Positions 28,078-32,000 of a stretch of DNA of 32,000 nucleotides are shown here, piece after piece. Within the stretch, counting starts at the first letter, position 1; each line of letters opens with the position of its first letter. Under the pieces are notes generated by a model. It did not search any database, had not been told where the DNA came from, and saw nothing but the letters and a program-made list of their open reading frames with translations. The DNA comes from Candidatus Saccharimonadota bacterium (GTDB taxonomy: Bacteria > Patescibacteriota > Saccharimonadia > Saccharimonadales > Saccharimonadaceae), in NCBI GenBank assembly GCA_001029695.1, contig CP011211.1, positions 570,001 to 602,000 of the forward strand, given 5' to 3'. The position numbers were made by a program, and so were the translations under genes.

Positions 28078-28395
28078 CTAACCTTGGTCTGCGGTAGTTA
28101 CAGCTTCAACTTTCCTCACAAGCTTTACCCACACCTGCGGATTGCTATGGTTGTGATCTACTTCATCAGCGGTCATGATAATATCCCATAGCTCTGGTTC
28201 GGATTCTTCAGTTATCCATTTTTGTGTCTCGAGAGGATATGTGAGTACATCTGTCTCGATCGTTGCTTCAATATAGTTATCGAGCAATATTTGATCGATT
28301 GAACCATCACCATAATTCCAAGCATCGACCCATTTTCTGCAATGGGCAATTATTTGCTCTCTCGTGAGTTGCAGTTGGTCATCTAGATACGACAT
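28078..28395 (-). CDS. Small acidic cytoplasmic protein, hypothetical
   Basis: 105-aa ORF with no signal peptide or TM and no family recognised (MSYLDDQLQLTREQIIAHCRKWVDAWNYGDG...). It begins just downstream of a terminator hairpin and so probably has its own promoter. Confidence 0.5.
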   Translation of the reverse strand: MSYLDDQLQLTREQIIAHCRKWVDAWNYGDGSIDQILLDNYIEATIETDVLTYPLETQKWITEESEPELWDIIMTADEVDHNHSNPQVWVKLVRKVEAVTTADQG

Positions 28396-28419
28396 AGCAT
28401 GGTTTTTATTATACTGTTG

Positions 28420-28458
28420 AAAAAGCCCCTAGTCCAGATAATATCCAGACTAGGGGCT
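28420..28458 (-). terminator. Intrinsic terminator downstream of 28470..28697
   Basis: agcccctagtc (28424-28434) pairs with gactaggggct (28448-28458) around a 13-nt loop. On the minus strand the hairpin is followed by TTTT (28423-28420). Confidence 0.65.
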
Positions 28459-28469
28459 TTCGCTCCTTT

Positions 28470-28697
28470 CTACTTGCGGGCGTCAGACGGCGGCTCGTGT
28501 ACCTCCGGATCCCTAGAATTCAGATTTTGGTTTGTCCAATGGCGTTTTCGATCGGTTTTGCCGTCAGTATCCCATGACACGCGAGTATTATCGTCATAAT
28601 ACTGCGTTACATGCAAATCGACATCACGATTGCGATCGTAGAATGTACCACTGCGGTCTCTTGTGGTGTTGTCGCGATTAGCGACTCCACGAGGCAC
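28470..28697 (-). CDS. Small hydrophilic D/N/R/T-rich protein, hypothetical; start uncertain
   Basis: 75 aa from the GTG at 28697. The same frame stays open for a further 27 codons upstream (VWFETDTHVAQNFTEDNNPGGTLYDRRARSSK). That upstream stretch has the same composition and repeats motifs found downstream (GTLYDRR/GTFYDRN; DTHVAQNFTEDNN/DLHVTQYYDDNT). It contains no ATG, GTG or TTG. Confidence 0.4.
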   Translation of the reverse strand: MPRGVANRDNTTRDRSGTFYDRNRDVDLHVTQYYDDNTRVSWDTDGKTDRKRHWTNQNLNSRDPEVHEPPSDARK

Positions 28698-28885
28698 CTT
28701 GCTGGAACGAGCTCGTCGGTCGTACAGCGTCCCTCCCGGATTGTTGTCTTCCGTGAAGTTCTGCGCAACGTGCGTATCGGTCTCGAACCATACTTACAGG
28801 AGTGATCTATACTCCTGATAACTATACAAGTACTCAGCTGCTTGTGATGCAAATATGCTTATTGGAGTTACGGTAAATAACAGAG

Positions 28886-28917
28886 GTGAAAAAGACCAGT
28901 CAGGGAAGACTGGTCTT
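28886..28917 (-). terminator. Intrinsic terminator of the NUDIX-HD-2H cassette
   Basis: aagaccagtc (28892-28901) pairs with gactggtctt (28908-28917) around a 6-nt loop. On the minus strand the hairpin is followed by TTTTTC. Confidence 0.7.
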
Positions 28918-28928
28918 GAACTTTTTGG

Positions 28929-28963
28929 ATATCTAGTTTGGCTCCGCTTATAGGTCACGGACT
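28929..28963. repeat. Direct repeat copy A (35 nt), 15 nt downstream of the 2H gene stop
   Basis: atatctagtttggctccgcttataggtcacggact, compared with copy B atatcttgtcttggctccgcttacaggtcacggact. The 26-nt core ttggctccgcttaYaggtcacggact has a single mismatch. Confidence 0.85.
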
Positions 28964-28977
28964 CTTCTGTGTAATTG

Positions 28978-29466
28978 TCAGCCAATTTTAATTGTCTTCA
29001 ATACCTTACGCATATACGGATCTTCGTTTGGAAACATATCGATTATACTGAGGGCCGTGAATCTCATTTCGTTGCCTTTGTCGAGGCGTGCATGTTTCTG
29101 GATAGTTGCATGCGGAAGAAAGCCATCGCGCGCAAATTGCGGATCATTAAGAGCAAGCCCGCCATCTTCCAGTATCGTGAGTATGTCCAAATGAAGCTTG
29201 ATTAAACTTTCCGTTCGATCCAAGAGCACAACCTGAACTTGTCCGTTTTCACCAAAAAATCTATCATCACCAGCCTCAGAATTTGCCGTTGCATGGTGCT
29301 TCAAGGCATCTGTCAATTTGGTCACCATTTCATCAATCGACCACTTTATGGCAAACGTATCGACGACCGTTGAATGAAGAGGCCAGCTGGTAGATGGATA
29401 CACATAGCCTTCTTCAATATCTTCAAAAAGCTGAACAATCGTATATTTTTGCGTGAACTGACCCAT
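28978..29466 (-). CDS. 2H phosphoesterase superfamily protein (LigT / 2'-5' RNA ligase-like)
   Basis: Two H-x-T/S motifs (WPLHSTVVD and FLPHATIQK) at the spacing typical of the 2H fold. The ORF track starts at 29490, but the ATG at 29466 (MGQFTQKY) lies 1 nt after the HD gene stop and is the more likely start. Confidence 0.7.
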   Translation of the reverse strand: MGQFTQKYTIVQLFEDIEEGYVYPSTSWPLHSTVVDTFAIKWSIDEMVTKLTDALKHHATANSEAGDDRFFGENGQVQVVLLDRTESLIKLHLDILTILEDGGLALNDPQFARDGFLPHATIQKHARLDKGNEMRFTALSIIDMFPNEDPYMRKVLKTIKIG

Positions 29467-29467
29467 A

Positions 29468-30169
29468 CTAACTCTTATCTTCATACACATTAAGGTACTT
29501 CTGCCACTCTTGAGAGTCTTCTTCCTGAAACAGTTCTCTTAAGAAACTGACCATAATCATCTTACGTTTCTCTCCCTCTCTTCTGCCAGAGTCTGTCATT
29601 AGTATTGCTGGGATTCTCAAAAGCTTATCAAAGAAATGTTGGACGCTATGGCTCTTTCTCGAAGTCTTGTATTCAGTAGCGTCAACTAGCTCAGTTTCTG
29701 GCCGGATGTCCTTATCAAAAAAGACATTTCCTTTTGACAACGCATAAGCGTGTGTCCGCAAGATACCAATCGAACCTATGGCATCACACATGTCCGCGTC
29801 GCTCACTATCATACCCTCGAGCGTACCCGGACGAACTCCTTCAATATATTTGTTGTATCCCATCGAGCGAACAATGTTTAGTACCTTACTTTTTGTTTTG
29901 TCTGCAACATTGTATTTATCCAGAATAGTATTAGCGTTCAATAGCTTTTTAGCATGCTCTTCGCCAAAAATCTTATAGTCATCTACGTCGTGGAGCAGAG
30001 TGGCAAGTGTGACGATTTCTTTATCAGCTCTTTCGTTCTCCGCAAACATCATTGCTAGTTTAAGGACACGGTCTACGTGATCTATATCGTGTCCGCTCTT
30101 ATCTTTACCGAGAAGCTCTTTTACATCTTTGTGTATCGCAGAAATATCTATCATACTCTTACTTGTCAT
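29468..30169 (-). CDS. HD-domain metal-dependent phosphohydrolase (YedJ/YpgQ-like)
   Basis: GHDIDHVDRVLKLAMMFA...IVTLATLLHDVDDYK...VSDADMCDAIGSIG gives the H...HD...D metal-ligand pattern of stand-alone HD phosphohydrolases. TATACT lies 6 nt upstream of the ATG, so the transcript may be leaderless. Confidence 0.8.
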   Translation of the reverse strand: MTSKSMIDISAIHKDVKELLGKDKSGHDIDHVDRVLKLAMMFAENERADKEIVTLATLLHDVDDYKIFGEEHAKKLLNANTILDKYNVADKTKSKVLNIVRSMGYNKYIEGVRPGTLEGMIVSDADMCDAIGSIGILRTHAYALSKGNVFFDKDIRPETELVDATEYKTSRKSHSVQHFFDKLLRIPAILMTDSGRREGEKRKMIMVSFLRELFQEEDSQEWQKYLNVYEDKS

Positions 30170-30260
30170 GTCGTTAGTATATCAAAGTACTAGGGGGTGA
30201 GGTCTTGAGCTGAAATGCCTAATAACGAGCGAAGAGTGACAGGTCAAGGACTAAAACTAG

Positions 30261-30656
30261 CTATTTCAAGACATCGTACACCATGTGCATAAATGTGTCT
30301 TTAGCGTTCTTTGACTTTTCGAGAAACGCGTGACGATCCAACCACACATACGATGAATGTTCCCAGCTCATCGTTATCTCAGGGCGTGATTTTACATTTG
30401 AAACAAAAAGCGCATAGTGCGTACCATGACCCGAGTAGTCAGTGCCCGAGTATATTTCACGAACATCCTCTCGATCAATTATCACCCCTGATTCCTCCCG
30501 AACCTCACGCAACATTGTTTCAACTGGCGTTTCTCCGTCCTCCAAAGTCCCACCCGGTAGATCTGGGTCCGCTCCAAATGCAGGATGGTCGCTGCGAAAC
30601 ATGATTAGGTATTTATTGTCAGGATCAATCATGACCAGCTTAGCAACTTTTTTCAT
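30261..30656 (-). CDS. NUDIX hydrolase
   Basis: Nudix box GGTLEDGETPVETMLREVREESGV (GX5EX7REUXEEXGU). The ORF track starts at 30710, but the ATG at 30656 (MKKVAKLVMID) is the more plausible start. TATACT lies 7 nt upstream of it. Confidence 0.8.
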   Translation of the reverse strand: MKKVAKLVMIDPDNKYLIMFRSDHPAFGADPDLPGGTLEDGETPVETMLREVREESGVIIDREDVREIYSGTDYSGHGTHYALFVSNVKSRPEITMSWEHSSYVWLDRHAFLEKSKNAKDTFMHMVYDVLK

Positions 30657-30710
30657 TATCTCTAGTATAACAAAAAATCCACCATAAATACTTACTGGAC
30701 TTCTGCTCAA

Positions 30711-30746
30711 ATATCTTGTCTTGGCTCCGCTTACAGGTCACGGACT
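30711..30746. repeat. Direct repeat copy B (36 nt), between the clpB terminator and the NUDIX gene
   Basis: atatcttgtcttggctccgcttacaggtcacggact, in the same orientation as copy A. The two copies start 1782 bp apart and bracket exactly three genes. Confidence 0.85.
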
Positions 30747-30771
30747 TTATATAGCCAACAAACAGAGCAAA

Positions 30772-30796
30772 CCCAGTAGTTTGAGTGCATACTGGG
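30772..30796 (-). terminator. Possible clpB terminator (weak)
   Basis: cccagta (30772-30778) pairs with tactggg (30790-30796) around an 11-nt loop. On the minus strand it is followed by tttgctctgtttgtt. The stem is short and the U-tract interrupted. Confidence 0.35.
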
Positions 30797-30936
30797 CTTA
30801 CTGTTCATATGTTGTACTGACTCAGGGTAGGGGCCTAAATCGAAAGTGCCAGTTCATTGATTTATTCATGCCGGAGCCCTCTACTTGATAGGGTGACTTT
30901 TGGCTTGAGACTAGTCGACACTACTCACAAACCATC

Positions 30937-32000
30937 CTATTTTACTGTAAAGCTGAATGAACCTTTTGCGTAATCTACTTTTACCAACGAATCAGCCTGT
31001 ATTGACCCGTCAATAATTTTCTTAGCAAGTTCGTTCAGTATCCGTTTCTGAATAACCCGCTTTAACGGCCGGGCGCCAAATGCCGGATCATACCCTTCAT
31101 CCGCAAGTGCTTTTTTAGCATTATCTGAAAACTCGAGCTTAATGTCTTTCGACTTCTCGACTTCTTCCAGAAATGCCGCGAGTTGCATCTCGATAATATG
31201 CTGTATGTCGTTTTTGTCGATGCGATCAAATATGACTATATCATCAATACGGTTTATAAATTCAGGGCGGAAATTATGGCTTAACTCCTGCTGCAGACGA
31301 CTTTCCAAACTACTGAAATTTTTACCATCCCATTCCTGAATGTACTGCGAACCGATATTGCTGGTCATGATAATGATCGTATTTGAGAAATCGACCGTTC
31401 GGCCTTGACCATCCGTCAAACGGCCGTCATCAAGTACCTGCAACAATATATTAAATACATCCTGGTGAGCTTTTTCAATCTCATCAAGCAACACAATACT
31501 GTACGGGCGACGACGCACTGCTTCGGTGAGTTGACCACCTTGGTCGTAGCCGATGTATCCTGGCGGCGAACCTATCAGGCGCGACACGGCGTGCCGTTCC
31601 ATGTATTCGCTCATATCGATACGCGTGATAGCTCGCTCGTCGTCGAATAGCGCGACGGCAAGACTTTTGGCTAACTCGGTTTTACCGACGCCGGTCGGGC
31701 CAAGAAAGAGAAACGATCCAATCGGTCGGCGATAATCGCCAATACCAGCCCGCGAGCGGCGAATAGCATTTGCGACCGCTTCAACAGCGCGATTTTGGCC
31801 AATCACACGCTTATGCAAGTCATCTTCCAGATGAGCGAGCTTTTGAGTTTCGCTTTCTTTGAGCCGATCAACCGGAATACCCGTCCACCTCGACACCACA
31901 GCGGCGATATCGTCTGCCGTCACTTCATCGCGGAGCAGGCGCTGGTCGGCCGGTATCGTATTTATTTGGCGCCTGAGCTCGGTGAGATTTTGCTCGATTT
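30937..32000 (-). CDS. clpB: ClpB chaperone/disaggregase, C-terminal part (5' end beyond the right window edge)
   Basis: The frame stays open to position 32000 (...[43 protein letters not shown]). NBD2 Walker [17 protein letters not shown]. Walker [41 protein letters not shown]. Coiled-coil middle-domain sequence precedes NBD2, as in ClpB. Confidence 0.9.
   Translation of the reverse strand, partial: IEQNLTELRRQINTIPADQRLLRDEVTADDIAAVVSRWTGIPVDRLKESETQKLAHLEDDLHKRVIGQNRAVEAVANAIRRSRAGIGDYRRPIGSFLFLGPTGVGKTELAKSLAVALFDDERAITRIDMSEYMERHAVSRLIGSPPGYIGYDQGGQLTEAVRRRPYSIVLLDEIEKAHQDVFNILLQVLDDGRLTDGQGRTVDFSNTIIIMTSNIGSQYIQEWDGKNFSSLESRLQQELSHNFRPEFINRIDDIVIFDRIDKNDIQHIIEMQLAAFLEEVEKSKDIKLEFSDNAKKALADEGYDPAFGARPLKRVIQKRILNELAKKIIDGSIQADSLVKVDYAKGSFSFTVK

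Noticed and set aside
28796-28816. 7-bp hairpin caggagt/actcctg as a transcription terminator
   Set aside because: It has no U-tract on either strand and lies upstream of, not downstream of, the nearest gene. I kept it only as a possible translational element in the small-protein finding.
28607-28985. ORFs 28607..28852 (-), 28611..28805 (+) and 28794..28985 (-)
   Set aside because: They overlap each other, the small D/N/R/T-rich gene region and the cassette terminator and repeat. Their translations are featureless. 28794..28985 would read straight through the terminator hairpin and repeat copy A.
30800-30936. Possible tRNA or small structured RNA in the clpB-NUDIX intergenic region
   Set aside because: I could not find a cloverleaf, a GTTCRANNC T-loop or any other recognisable ncRNA signature, only short weak stems. 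A covariance-model scan would be needed to settle this.

Overview
The window looks like a chromosomal segment from a small-genome, monoderm-type bacterium. My guess is Saccharibacteria/CPR-like, but that cannot be verified from sequence alone. I recognised no rRNA, tRNA, CRISPR array, transposase or integrase.

Contents from left to right:
1. A minus-strand NpdG-like oxidoreductase, a luciferase-like monooxygenase and a DHA2 MFS transporter, followed by a small plus-strand YdeI-like gene.
2. A seven-gene minus-strand cell-surface cluster (3.8-11.9 kb). It holds four paralogous secreted WxL-like beta-rich proteins, two DUF916/DUF3324-like C-terminally anchored proteins and one Ig/PKD membrane-anchored protein.
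3. A membrane-anchored beta-helix repeat protein.
4. A translationally coupled minus-strand F1-ATPase operon (delta, alpha, gamma, beta, epsilon).
5. A divergently transcribed 1037-aa Gly/Thr/Asn-rich surface protein.
6. Membrane-anchored hypothetical proteins and a secreted LysM-CHAP peptidoglycan hydrolase.
7. A visibly AT-richer accessory stretch (about 25.3-30.9 kb). It contains consensus sigma70-type promoters, a frameshifted SRPBCC remnant, an HExxH protein and a NERD protein. It also contains a NUDIX/HD/2H-phosphoesterase three-gene cassette bracketed by 35-nt direct repeats.
8. The 3' two-thirds of clpB.

The most interesting signal is the F1 operon. It has no a-subunit or canonical c-subunit gene. 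Its two promoter-proximal genes instead encode a signal-peptide ectodomain fused to a c-subunit-like 2-TM hairpin, and a coiled-coil protein with no TM segment. The operon is also flanked on both sides by large surface-protein loci.
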